Assembly: GCF_035594765.1 (NCBI RefSeq)
Contig: NC_085843.1
Span: forward strand, 220,759,971 to 220,823,970
Reading direction: 5' to 3'
DNA length: 64,000 bases
Origin: Anolis carolinensis
Lineage: Eukaryota
Both the position numbers and the translations under genes were made by a program. How positions within the stretch are numbered: the stretch's first letter is position 1; every line of letters begins with the position of its first letter. Below the pieces are notes generated by a model. That model saw only the letters and a list, made by a program, of their open reading frames with translations, was not told where the DNA came from and made no database searches. Shown here one piece after another: positions 38,800-52,069 of this stretch.

Positions 38800-40283
38800 G
38801 GTTTGGACGGTGGACAGGGGAGCCTTTGCACAATTAAAACTTGTGCGCCAGCTGCACCTATACCTTGAGAAGCCAGATTTGGCCACAGTAGTCCATGTTC
38901 TTGTTACATCTCAAATAATAATAATAATACAATAATAATAACTTTATTTTTATATCCTGCCTCCATTTTCCCGAATGGACTTGGGGCTGCTTACATGGGG
39001 AACAAGCCTGATTCAACACAGATTGAAACGAAACACAGATTAAAACATATCTCAATAAAATCAAACAACATTACAAAAGACAATAACATAAAACAGCATT
39101 ATCAGCAACCAGTAGTCTGAACAGTAATGAGTACTGAAATTTGGGGGGGAAGGAACTTGTGCAATATAGTTTCAGAACAGGGCTGGTAGACAAAAATGCA
39201 AAGGCCAATAATAAATTAGGACTAAAAGCGCAATATCATTTTAAACGTTAAACCTGTAGGACGAAGGACAGGGATAAAGTGCAGGGACTGATGGTAGTTA
39301 CAGTTGGGAGCCGAATTTCCCGTGAACTGCTTAATCGAAAGCACAATGGAACATCCATGTTTTTAGATCTTTGTGGAACGTGGACAGGGTGGATGCCAGT
39401 CTAATCTCCCTGGGGAGGGAGTACCAGAGCTGGGGGCCACAACCAAGAATAGACTACTACAACATGGTCTACATGGGGCTGCCTTTGAAGGCTGTTTGGA
39501 AACTCCCAAGTAGTCAAATGGGCAGCAGCCAGGCTGCTCACTAGAGCGGTATACAGGAAGCATACAACCCACTGCTGCTTCAGCTCCACTGGCTGCCAGT
39601 TTGCTATCGAGCACAATTCAAAGTGCTGGCTTTAATCTATAAAGCCCTAAGCCAGTGGTTCTCAGCCTGTGGGTCTCCAGGTGTTTTGGCCTACAACTCC
39701 CAGAAATCCCAGCCAGTTTACCAGCTGTTAGGATTTCTGGGAGTTGAAGGCCAAAACATATGGGGATCCACAGAATGAGAACTACTGCCCTAAACAGTTC
39801 TGACCCAGGGTTGTTGTATGCTTTCCGGGCTGACCCAACTTACCTGTCTGAACATATGTCCCCCTATGAACCAGAGAGAGCACTAAGATCTGCCAGGGAG
39901 GCCCTGCTCTCGATCTAACGCCCCTCACAAGTGCAACTGGTGGGGATGAGAGACAGGGCCTTCTCAGTGGTGGCTCCTTGGCTATGGAACTCCCTCCCCA
40001 ATGACATCAGATTGGCCCCCTCCCTCCTGATGGTCAAGAAAAAATGAAAGACCTGGCCCTGGAACCATATTGCAATATGCGATATGGAGCTTGACTTAGA
40101 CATCGCACCATGAATAATGATTTGGGATTCGGCATTATGTTTTAATCTGTATTCATTGAATTTTTATATATTATCGCTTAATATGTTGTATTGTCTATCT
40201 GTATTTATAATGTGGCATTGAATTTATGTGTAAGCCGGTCTGAGTCCCCCTCAGGGATAAAATATAGGAAATAAATAAATAAA
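38800..40283 (+). mobile_element. Rearranged L2 fragments with nested inverted L2 tail, hAT MITE and short Penelope piece
   Basis: L2 motifs at 38800-38910 and 39445-40283, inverted L2 tail at ~38915-39435, MITE at 39653-39787. Confidence 0.75.
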
Positions 40284-40937
40284 CCAGAAATTACATTTAT
40301 CTGACATCTACCAATCCCCATGTATCTTGGTTAGCTGAGGGTCTAGTGGAGTAAATAAGGAGGGTGTGACGGGGTTTCAGCACAGTTTCCAGTATCTCCC
40401 ACTTTCTCATTACATCCCATCTCCTTGTGTAGGAGTATAGGAAACATTCTCCAGCACTTTTAAGATAAGGCTTTTGCCAGAGATTCTTTAATGAGAATGC
40501 CAAAAATTGAACCGGAGGCCTCCCCGCCTTGCAAAATGTGGAGTATACCGCTGAGCAATGGCTGTTCCCTCTCTGAGTTGCAGTCCCTTATGGAAGAACT
40601 TTAGGTAACAATAAATTACTTTTTAGACAATGACACATTCATTTCTGTTTTATATGTACAATTCTTAAATTATTATTTTGCAAAAAGAAACAGCAGCACC
40701 CGTTGTATGCAGTATATATTTTTCCTCCCGTTATCCAGGACTAGGAACATGTACATTTCCAGATGTTGTTGGACTGCAGCTCTTATTATCAATTACTATA
40801 GTATGCTGGTTAGATCTGTTCAGATTTCTAGTAGGATAACATCTGGATGGCTGTAGAATTCCAACCCCTGCTTAACCTCCAAAATGCTCTTGTGTACTAA
40901 GATAAGAAACAATTGACTGGTTCAACTATACAAATAA

Positions 40938-41696
40938 ACCCAACCTGGGGGTTGGGACCCCTGGGGGGGGGGGGTCGCAAGGGAGCTTCAGAGGGGTCGC
41001 TGAAAACCATCAGAAAATACATATTTCTGATGGTCTTAGGCAATCCCTTTGGCAGAGAAAGCTGAAGATCTCTCCGTCCTTCCTTTGGCCCAGTTCTATT
41101 GTTGGTGGGGATCAAGGGGCTCTTTTATTGTAGGTGAACTTTAAATCCCAGCAACAACTCCCAAATGTCAAAGTCTATTTTCCCCAAACTCCACCAAATG
41201 TTCACATTTGATCATATTGAGTATTTGTGCCAAATTTGGTCCAGATCCATCATTGTTTGAGTCCACAGTGCTCTCTGGATGTAGGTGAACTACAACTCCC
41301 AAACTAAAGGTCAGTGCCCACCAAAGCCTTCCAGTATTTCCTGTTGGTCATGGGATTTCTGTGTGCCAGGTTTGGCTCAGTTCCATCATTGGTGGAGTCC
41401 AAAATTATCTTTGATTTTAGGTGAACTATAAATCCCAGCAACTACAACTCTCAAATGGCAAAATCAATCCCCCCAACCCCACCAGTATTTAAATTTGGGC
41501 ATATCGGGTATTTGTGCCAAATTTGGTCCAGTGAATGAAAATACAGCCTGCATATCAGATATTTACATTACAATTCATAACAGTAGCAAAATGACAGTTA
41601 TGAAGTAGCAACGAAAATAATTTTATGGTTGGGGGTCACCACAACATAAGGAACTGTATTAAGGGGTTGGAGCATTAGGAAGGGCGAGAACCACTG
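40938..41696 (+). mobile_element. SPIN non-autonomous element, longer variant, 5' TIR eroded
   Basis: Same internal repeats and 3' terminus as the 23058-23633 copy. Confidence 0.85.
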
Positions 41697-42132
41697 CCAA
41701 AGGGAATGAGCTGCAACTCCTTGCTGGCCTTTCATTCTCTCCTTTCACATCACAGATATCTAGAGGAGCTTTGGAATCTTATTTTTAATTGACCATAACT
41801 TCATTTATTATCTACATCAGGAAAAAGAATGGTTAAACCAAACTATGGTTAACAGACACTTTACTTAAATCGTATTTTGGAAGCTGGCTTGATTTGTTGT
41901 TATGTAATGATATTTTAAAGTATTTACAGTAGAGTCTCACTTATCCAACCTTCACTTATGCAATGTTCTGTATTATCCAATGCAGTCTGCCTTTTAGTAG
42001 TCAATGTTTTTGTAGTCAATGTTTTCAATACATTGAGATGTTTTGGTGCTAAATTAGTAAATACAGTAATTACTACATAACGTCACTGTGTATTAAACTG
42101 CTTTTTCTATCAAATTGTTGTAAAACATGATG

Positions 42133-42612
42133 TTTATTTATTTATTTACAGTATTTATATTCCACCCTTCTCACCCCGAAGGGGACTCAGGGCAGATCAC
42201 ATTATGTACATATAGGGCAAACATTCAATGCCCATAAACACATCGAGACAGAGACAACAGACAGACAGACGCAGAGGCAATTTAACCTTCTCCTGAGGGG
42301 ATGTTCAATTCTGGCCACAGGGGGGAGCAGCTGCTTCATCATCCACTCTGATGGCACTTCCTCACTTCCTCATTCCAACGTTGTAAATTAGTTAAACTTG
42401 CCTCCCCACTTTTTATAAGTGGTACCTTATTTCCTACTTGATAGATGCAACTATCTTTCGGGTTGCTAGGTCAGCAACGAGCAGGGGCTATATTTTATTT
42501 TTAATTGATGGGTGCTCACCACGCCACGGGCTGGCCTCGAACTCATGACCTCATGGTCAGAGTGATTTATTGCAGCAGCTGTTTACCAGCCTGCGCCACA
42601 GCCCGGCCGGGC
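42133..42612 (-). mobile_element. tRNA-derived SINE with L2-type tail (Anolis SINE2-like), nested in a Tc1/mariner MITE
   Basis: Minus-strand head GCCGGGCTGTGGCGCAGGCTGG...GAGTTCGAGGCC, L2 tail CCCTGAGTCCCCTTCGGGG...(TAAA)n, and gatgtttt on both flanks. Confidence 0.8.
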
Positions 42613-43449
42613 CGATGTTTTGGTGCTTAATTTATAAAATCATAACGTAATTCGATGTTTAATAGCTTTTCCTTGATCCCTCCTTATTATCCAACATTTT
42701 CGCTTATCCAATGTTCTGCCGGCCTGTTTATGTTAGATAAGTGAGACTCTACTGCATATATATAGTGTGTGTGTACATAATCTAATCTCTGAACTCAAAG
42801 GAAGAGAGTGGAGCAGCAGTGCCTAAACTCTGTGCATAGGCTGAGTTTGTTCCAACTTAGGCTTGTGTCAAAGCACAATGAATGACTAAATCAGCACCAT
42901 ACTCAGTAAGGCTTGTTTGTTTGTTTTTTCCCTGCCTCTTCCAATGAATCAAGGCATGGGGAAACAGATGAAAATGCAACAGATAGATACCAGTTAAAAG
43001 TACAGAGCACCAAGTAAAATGCATGACCAGTTAGAAGAGCACCCATATTAAAACAGTCCATTCAAAGGACCTGAATGTTCAGGGAAAATTATACAAGTGA
43101 AAGCGATCTTGTAGATAACCTAGGCCTAAAGCATGTAGAGCTTTAGAGATAACAACAAATACGTTGTACTTTGCCCAGAAACCAATCGGCAGCTCATTAA
43201 ATGATTTAAATATAGATGAAATATGATCACTCTGAGGTCCCTTCCAGACAGGGCCTATATCCCAGGATCTGATCCCAGGTTTTCTGCTTTAAACTGGATT
43301 ATATGAGCCTGCACTGCCAGATAACCTGGGATAAATAGAAAACCTGGGATCAGATTCTGGGATATAGGACCTGTCAGAAAGGGCCCTTAAATGTACCAGT
43401 GACCGATGCATATTTTGGGATAATTGAAGTTTCCAAAAGTAACCCAATG

Positions 43450-43562
43450 TAATAATAATAATAATAATAATCATCATCATCATCATCATCATCATCATTC
43501 ATATCTATCTTGTTTGCTGTGTCATATAACAACAACAACAACAACAACAATAATAATAACAA
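43450..43562. repeat. Compound microsatellite (AAT)n(CAT)n...(AAC)n(AAT)n
   Basis: Seen directly. Confidence 0.9.
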
Positions 43563-43873
43563 CTATATTTGTATACTGCTCTATCTTTCCAAAGGGCTGT
43601 TTCCAGCATAGGTAAAACATTCAGTTACAACACAGAAGCATATAGCATACCTAAAATAAATTAAAATAAAAACATGAACATATTACTATTAATATAAGCA
43701 TACACATTTAAAATTAGAACCAGTTCCAGTACTACTCCATTGGGTGAAATTCAGCTACCAATGGTCAGAATTTCAGGGTGAGTCTAGGCAACTTTGAAAG
43801 GCTGGGCCAGGGCTAGTGCAAAGAAGTAACATAGGGCCGGCGGAGTGGGTAAAGTGCAAACTGAAGGCCACGC

Positions 43874-44204
43874 AAGGTAAAAGTAAAGCTTTCCCTTGAC
43901 ATTAAGTCGTCGTGACTGACTCTGGGGGTTGGTACTAATCTCCATTTCTAAGCTGAAGAGCCGGCATCGTACGTAGACACCTCCAAGGTCATGTGGCTGG
44001 CATGACAGCATGGAGTGCTGTTAACTTCCCACCAGAGTGGTACCTATTGATCTACCCACATTTGCATGTTTTCAAACTGCTAGGTTGGCAGAAGCTGGGG
44101 CTAACAGCGGGCACTCACCCTGCTCCCTGGATTTGAATCGCCAGCCTTTTGGTCAGCAAGTTCAACAGCTCAGCCGTTTAATCTGCTGTGCCACCGGGGG
44201 CTCT
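43874..44204 (-). mobile_element. Sauria SINE
   Basis: Full-length reverse copy. Confidence 0.9.
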
Positions 44205-45294
44205 GATGGCCATGTAGTATAATGAATTGCAGAAGTTCAGCCTTGAGTCACCAGCATGTGCACTATCGTCTCTAGATTCTCCAGCTATAGGAAGGCATGT
44301 AACTGGCATAGTAGCCAATAGGCAATCCTATCTGAACTGTAATTTGAAGTGACAGATGCAGAAGCTGTCAACCCAAGCTGCGAACACAGTCTTTGAACTG
44401 GAGTGGAATCCTATCCAGGACTGGTTGACACACCTCCAGACACAGGGTTGAACCCTTGACAGTAAGCACATCTGTCTTTCATAGGCTCAGTTTTAGTTTA
44501 TTTTTGTCATGAAGTGCCCCACCCCACACAGACACCCCACACAGACACTGCATGAATCCTCCAGGGCTTCATTCAGAGGAAACGTGCTTTCCTACATAAA
44601 TGACATTTTTAAGGCATCAAAAAGGTATTTGGATTCATTGGTATACTGACATCACCCTCCTGCATGCCTCCAGGTAATATCTCTCAGTAGTTTCATATAA
44701 ATGTTAAAGAGCATTGGTAACAGGATGGCACCTTGTGGTATGCAATATAAGTGCACCACCATCTGGAAACTACCTGAGAGATAGGATCAGAATCTCTGAA
44801 GCACACTTTTGAAAACTGTAATATTTAATACTGTTGAAATATAGTATGATTTCCATAGGGGATACATTGCAAGACCCCACCTGGATCCATGGATATTACA
44901 AAGTAGAAGACTCAGAGAGGCTCACAAGCACTTCAAGGCGTGAATATTTTTGAAGTGTAAATAAGGCCCCTTCTACATTGCCATATAATCCAGATTATGA
45001 AATCAGATAATCCACAGTATCTGCTTTTGAACTGGATTATTTTAGTCTACACTGCCAGATAATCCGGTTCAAAGCAGATAATCTAGAATTTATACAGCTG
45101 TGTAGAAGGGGCCTAAGTGAAACCATAGATATAAAACCTGTGGAGAAGAGGGAACATTTTTATTGGTTAAAGGGCAAAATGTGGCTTCCTAAGGCTGTTT
45201 TTCAGCCTCAGACTCATCTGGCCTGCCTCATTTGTGTGTATTTTAAGGCAATTACCCTCCCAGTTACAGCACTACATTTTAATGGAGTTTAGGG

Positions 45295-46270
45295 GCTCTC
45301 TCTTTCCACCTACTGCTAAGGAGGCTGTCCAGGTCCTGAACCGGTGCTTGGCAGCTGTGACGGTCGGGATGAGGGCAAACAGATTGAAATTGAATCCAGA
45401 CAAGACAGAGGTACTCCTGGTCAGTTGAAAGGCCGAACAGGGTATAAGGTTACAGCCTGTGCTAGATGGGGTTACATTCCCCCTCAAATCACAGGTTCAG
45501 AGCTTGAGATTCATCACTGAGTCTGGCACCCCAGGTCTTGGCGGTGGCCAGGGGAGCTTTTGCACAATTAAAACTTGTGCGACAGCAGCGCTCATACCTT
45601 GAGAAGCCAGACGTGGCCATAGTAGTCCACACTCTTGTTACATCTCGAATAGACTACTGCCACACGATCTACGTGGGGCTACCTTTGAAGACTGTTCGGA
45701 AGCTCCAAGTAGTCCAATGTGTGGCAGTCAGATTGTTCACAGGGGTGGCATATGGGGAGCACACAACCCCCCTGTTATATCAGCTTCATTGGCTACCAGT
45801 CTGCTACCAAGCACAATTCAAAGTACTGGCTTTAGCCTATAAAGCCCTAAATTGTTCTGGCCCAGCTTACCTGTTTGAACGTATCGCCCCCTATGAACCA
45901 GCTCAGGCGTTAAGATCTGCTGGAGAGGCCCTGCTCTCGGTCCCGCCTCCTTTGCAGGTGCGACTGGTGGGTATGAGGAACAGAACCTTCTCAGTAGTGC
46001 CCCCCATCGATATTCGATTAGCTTCCTCCCTCCTGGTTTTCAGAAAGAAAGTCAAAACCTGGCTGTGGAACCAAGCATTTGGGAAGTAGTACAACCACAG
46101 TGCAATATACATCCACAGAGTTGATATAAACGATGCAGTTTGGACTATGATTGCTGGATTCGGTGCAATGTTTCTAACAGTTTTTTAATCATATTTATAT
46201 GCTTTATTTGATTTTAAAGTTTAATGTGTTGTGTACTTGTATGCTTTTATGTTTCAACATGGCATTGAAT
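45295..46270 (+). mobile_element. L2 LINE 3' fragment
   Basis: ORFs 45234-45428 and 45538-46089 (...TSRIDYC...LHWLPV..QAQFKVLALAYKAL). Confidence 0.92.
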
Positions 46271-46950
46271 AATTGCCAAAACTGGAAGCAACAAAAGTAG
46301 AGAAGTAGAGAAAAAAACACTAGAACTGGCTGATATGGATCAATCCAAATATCAGGGTTGATTTGACTGATTGATCAGACCCGGGGTGGGTGGCTATGGA
46401 GATTTGCAGGAAGAGTGTCTTTACTCAAGTTTAACTTTTATACCGCTGCCATTTGAGTGGTCCACCCAAATGGAAATGCAGCCAGAATAATCTACAGTGT
46501 GAAGAGGCCACAATTCATTGGAGTTAATTTACAAACAAAAAAGCTTATGAGAAGGAAAAGAAATCAGTTATTCCTTCTTGTAGTTGGTCACAAAAAAGCA
46601 ACAGGAACTTGCTGAGTTTCTATTGGGACTGTTTTTAAAAAGCTTCCATTGGTACCACTTCTGGACACTTGGAAAAATATTTGTAAAGATTGGATAGTGA
46701 GGCTTAGGTATAGGTTTAAAAGCAGCAAGAGTTACTCCCATAAAATAGTGCCATATTTCAGCACAGTTGTGTGCTTATATGAAAGCTTGGAATAATGGCT
46801 ATGCCTTAGTTAAAAACGCCTTACATCAACATTCTGATTTAATTCCATGGACATTGGCTCAAACTTGGTTAAGGCTGCAGTTGTCTCACAGGCCCATTGA
46901 AAAAAGTCCATTGTACATAGTGGGAATTACTTCTTTGTAAACATACAAGA

Positions 46951-47281
46951 AGCCCCTGGTGGTGCAGCGGGTTAAACCACTGAGCTGCTGAACTTGCTGA
47001 CTGAAAGGTCAGTGGTTCAAATTTGGGCAGCGGGGTAGGCTCCTGCTGTTAGCCCCAGCATCTGCCAACCTAGCAGTTCAAAAACATGCAAATGTGAGTA
47101 GATCAATAGGCACTGCACCAGCGGGAAGGTAACAGCGCTCCATGCAGTCATGCTGGCCACATGACCTTGGAGGCGTTTACGGACAACGCTGGCTCTTCAG
47201 CTTAGAAATGTAGATGAGCACCAACCTCCAGAATCAGACAGGACTAGACTTAATGTCAGGGAAAAACCTTTACCTTTACTA
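46951..47281 (+). mobile_element. Sauria SINE
   Basis: Full-length copy; catacaaga on both flanks. Confidence 0.92.
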
Positions 47282-50134
47282 ATCATACAAGAGATTAGGG
47301 TGTGACTCCTCTCTGTTGAGCTGTGGCATGGAAAGTGAGGTCTCAGGAAAGAGTGGCTGTAATGCTCAAGGTGTTTAAGAGCAAGATCAGGCAGAAATTA
47401 TCTGGATCTACTGTTAAACCTCTGGGTATGTTGGAGGTCAGGCCAGAGTTTCAGACTCCTAGTTGTTTAGCAATGGCAATAAATAAAAGGCTTATCCTTC
47501 TGCCATAGGTTGTTGCAAAAGTATGCTTGAGGGAAAACCAGGAGTGGAGTTTTGTATGAAAGGTCTTGTGGGGTTGGTTGCAATTGCAGTTTGATTCATG
47601 TGTTCAGAAACATCCTGCCCTTAAATTCTACTAAAGCAGTCACTTCTCTTAGTCACAGATTGGAGGCTGTCAAGTGTGCTAGCAAACAAAACATGCAGAT
47701 CTTATAAGCAATTGCTCTGCAGCATCTCTTTTATGGTGGAAACCTTCCACTTGTCATAAAGTTGATCAAGTGAGGGAGGATATTTGTGTTTATATTGATG
47801 AAACTAGCAGCTTTCAGGGCTGCATTTCCTGTAGATGGACTGGACTTCACAACCCCTTTTTCCTGCCATTGCTGTCTGAGAATTATGGAAGCTGCTGTCC
47901 AACTCGCCTGGAGGGCCAATCTGATGGAAGTATAGCCAATGTTGTCTGCTGTAATTGGTAGTACCTCACCAAGGCCTTTCCTAGCCATATTGTTCAGATC
48001 ATTTGAACTGGAGTTCAATTGGGGGCATTGCACATGCAAAACATGTGTCCCTCCTTCTCTCTTAGCCCCTGGTGCTACAAAATGTATCCATACCAGAAGA
48101 ATTGGAAAGTCTCTTAACAGGATTTTAAGACATGCATAAGATGAAGTGTTAAGAAAACTGACTTTCCTGAAAGGAAAAAAAATCACCAAGGTGAAACAAA
48201 CACTATGTTTACATAAGAATGTTGAAGTTACAATTGTTTGTGCTGAATACTGAGAAATTAAGCAGACCCTGAAATTGAAGGAATGGTATGTAAAATCACG
48301 TTACCTGTTGCCAAACCCAACAGGCTCATTGAATCAATTGCTGAATTCTTAAGTCAACGCTTATCTCAAGTCAATGATTCATGTGTCTACTGTAAGGTCT
48401 AACAACTGGATTTAGGCCACAGGGTTTAGATATTTTGAGTATCCTGAACTGGCCCAGATAGTCAAGTAAATATAATGTAAGAAGTGTATATTTGAAGAAG
48501 AATTGAAGTGATATAATTGCTTTGGAATAATACACGGAATGTGATAATTAATAACTTTGTTTTCTGGTTTCACAAGTTTATCATGCCTTTCGTTTGCAGT
48601 GTTTAAATACATTATTTTAAGCATGGGAAACTTCCTCATACCAAATTATGCCATGGTTCCATCTACCTTGGTTTGGTTATTTGGGGTGCTGCTGATTCAA
48701 AAAATTGCATTGGATAGACCACTTCAGCTTCAGTTTCTGATACAGAACATATGCCATCCAGTAGTTGCCACCTGCTCGCCCACAGAAAACCACATTTAAT
48801 CATCTAGAAGTGATGTGATCAATCTAATGCAATGGTCAGCTCTGCGAAAAGGAGCAGAAATAAATAAAGAGGAAGGAGGTTTGCAGACTTGATTTTCATT
48901 CTTGTGGCCCACTGCTGGGCTATGGCCCACAGGTTGAGAACCACTGTCCTAGATTATTGGTTCTCAACCTGTGGGTCCCCACATGTTTTGGCCTTCAGCT
49001 CCCAGAAATCCTAACAGCTGGTAAACTGACTGGGATTTCTGGGAGTTGCAGGCCAAAACACCAGGGACCCACAGTTTGAGACCCACTGCTCTTGATGTTT
49101 CAACCATACTACCCTGATTTGAGAAGCTCAGGCCTGGTTAGTGTTTGGATGCTAGAAAGGTAGGGAACACCAGAGTTCTCCAGGTGAGGTGAGGAAAACA
49201 ATTCTACCAGAATGTTTGGAGAGCTGCTGCTAGACAGGATTGATAATATGGGCTGGATGGACCAGTGATCTTACTCAATATCAGTCAACTTCTGTGTTCC
49301 TGGATTCAACGTGGTACGGGGGGGGGGGGGGGGCAAACAAATACCTGACTTAATTGTGAAAGCACAAAGAGGCCTAAAACTAGAGTGTCAGAAATAATAG
49401 CAGTCCTATATCCAACATCCAGAGAACTCTCACAAATTAACTTTTTAGTACACATGTATAGGATTGTACTGTAGAATAACTCTCCTATTAAAGAGATACT
49501 GTACAGTCCAGCAGTTACTTATGTCCTAAAAGAAATATACAGGTTCCATGTTGGGAGGATAAAGATAACAAAGAGAAATGTGGGGGCATTTATATTAACA
49601 AAGCAGAAAAAAATACAAATAGTAAATAAACACCTGATTGGATTGCTTTACTTAGTGGATGGAGGGAAACTAGTCTCATCCTTTGCTTTGATGTAGAAAA
49701 TAAAACTTCTCCAGTTTTGGGATTCTGTTTACTTGTTTGACACTTTTATGCACCATTCTGCAATAGCTCAATAGTCAGCTACAAACCAGGACATTCTTGA
49801 TTCATATCTTTCTCTGCCATGATCCCTATTGTAGGCTTAGGCAAGCTACAGTAATATAACTGAGTCTTCCTTTCTGACATATAAGAATACTTACCTCCCA
49901 TTCAGTGTTGATGCAGAGAAGATTATGTTAAATCATGTAAATGATATAATAATTCATGTATAATTTTCAACTCTTATTTATTTATTTATTTATTTATATT
50001 TATTTCTGTTTCAGCTTTGTACAATCCAGAGAATACCAAGGTGACTATGCGGGTTTCTGCTGAAATAAACAACACTTGCAGGAATGCATGATCTTTGATT
50101 CTACTCTGAGTTGCACATCTGCTGCTTGACAGAG

Positions 50135-52069
50135 ATGGCTCGCGATGCCAGATCTTCAAGATTAGTAAAGAAACAGGAGATAAGCAAAAAGAAACCAAGC
50201 CTAGCCCAAAGTAAATCTTGCCAAGTAACAAAAGATGCCAAAAAAAATTCCCCAGTGGCAAACTGTTCTGCAAACTGCAAAAGGTTACTGGCGGAAAAGA
50301 ACGAGGGCAAGAAAAAGCCACAAGAACACAAACCTCCTATGGATTCACCGTGCCGATTTCTCCGCAGCAGTGTCACCAAAGCCTTTGCTGGATCATCTTG
50401 GAAGAATCTGAAATTAAGTGATAGCGTTCTCTTTCATAACCAGCCTCCGTTGAGCCTTACCATGAATCTTCGCAGGAAGCCATTTCCCCATAGACTGTTT
50501 GAAACAGCGGCAATCATGAGAGCGAAGAGACGAACTGGCCTGGTAAAAAGTTCAGGGAAAAGAGAAAAGTCTGAGTTAGGAACATCCCATAAAATAGAAA
50601 GGAAAGGAGTGGAAAAAAGAGCTCAGGGTTTCAAACAAGATTGCAACCAAAATGTTGAATCGCTGTCTACCAAAGCAGGCAGTGCCTTATGTGATATGGA
50701 ACCAGACCATCCCTCTGAATGTGACGGTGAAGCCAAGAAGAAAGCGCCAACTCCTGAAAACTGTCTTTCTGTTTCTAGTGTGGATGAACCGAGTGTCTCT
50801 ACTCCAAAGGCACTGCAGGAGGATGGCAAATGTAAAGAAACTGTGCCTACTGAGCAGGCCCTGGAAGATTTATCTACTGATGTCTCATATGTAGCTTTGG
50901 CTGAGCCTGTTTCTTCTCATCTACACCTTGACTCTGCCAATGCTTTAAAGGTATGTGAAAGAGAGTTAGGAACACTCGTGAAACCAGGCCTAGAGAATAA
51001 TTTTAATTCCGCACCACCCTCCAAAGAACATTCCCCTCCATCGTTTGACTCCACATTGCAACTTTCTTCTGAAACAAACACAAAGGTGCCTGAGAAAAGG
51101 CCAGAGTCTCCTATAGAAGGTCACTCCATTGCTACCTGTGGTTCGGTGCTAACTCCTTGTGAACCCGATGCTATCATTTTGATTACCTCAGAATTAATCT
51201 CAAAATTGCATTTAGACGACACGTGTGCATTATCAGAGCCCCACCATGAGCAAGATCATGAGCCTGCCAGTAGAAGAGAACCTGATTTGCTGTGTATCTC
51301 TGAACAGGGAGATTCTCCAAAAGATCCAGGCCTTGGTGGGAAATCCTCTTTGCCAAATGACTCAGAATTCAAACTAGGTGACAAAGCACTTGACTTGTCA
51401 ACTTCCCAAAAGGATTATTCAGGTTGTGATCACATTAAGAAAGCATCCACTTGTAAACCAGTTTCTAATCCCGTTTTTACTTATGGTATCTTGGAAGACC
51501 TTGAGCAGACCCTTGAGAGGATAGCTGCTGAAACATTGAATTTAGATTCAACTACTGTGCCTGATCTATCACTTCAGCCAGGAAAAAGGACGACTGATTC
51601 CGTTTCAGTGAGTAGCAATATCTTTAACAACACTTCCCAAAAATCCTCAAAAGATGCTAACTTGAAGTTGCCATCAGAGTCTGTAGGGAGTCCAGAAACT
51701 AGGCTTGTGGCAGACGGATCCTGTCCAAACCTTCAGTGTCCCTCCCTAGGACTGGGAAGTGCTGAAAAAGACATGATCTCTGTTCAGGGCACCACAAAAT
51801 GCGGCACGAATCCCAGTACAACTTCTGAACTAACCTCCTGGGGAAATCCAACTAGTGCCTTTCCTGTCCTGTTTCCCTCTATGCAACCTGTAGAAAAGAA
51901 AAAGCGAAGGCGATGTGGAGTATGTGAGCCATGTCTGCGGAAAACTAACTGTGAAGAATGCAGCTGCTGCATGAAGCGCAAAACAAGCCACCGGATCTGT
52001 AAAAAGAGAAAATGTGAAGAACTGAAGAAGCCTCCCCCACCCCTGCCACCATTAATGTTACCCTTAAAG
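50135..52069 (+). CDS. TET1: TET1 first coding exon (exon starts 50015 after tttcag|; 645 codons; CXXC zinc finger at its 3' end)
   Basis: N-terminus [13 protein letters not shown] resembles mammalian TET1. C-terminal [45 protein letters not shown] is a TET1-type CXXC. Phase-0 donor AAG|GTAAG at 52070. Head-to-head arrangement with SLC25A16 as in mammals. Confidence 0.95.

Noticed and set aside
45538-46089. 183-aa ORF as a host gene (likewise 18329-18982)
   Set aside because: Truncated L2 and CR1 ORF2 remnants with nearby stops or frameshifts.
48640-48850. Segment similar to 63655-63835
   Set aside because: Both look like remnants of one palindromic DNA-transposon family; unclassified, with no sign of a special role.
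50111-50134. ORF-track start MHICCLTE for TET1
   Set aside because: TTG start; similarity to TET1 begins at the ATG at 50135. The ORF end past 52069 is intron.
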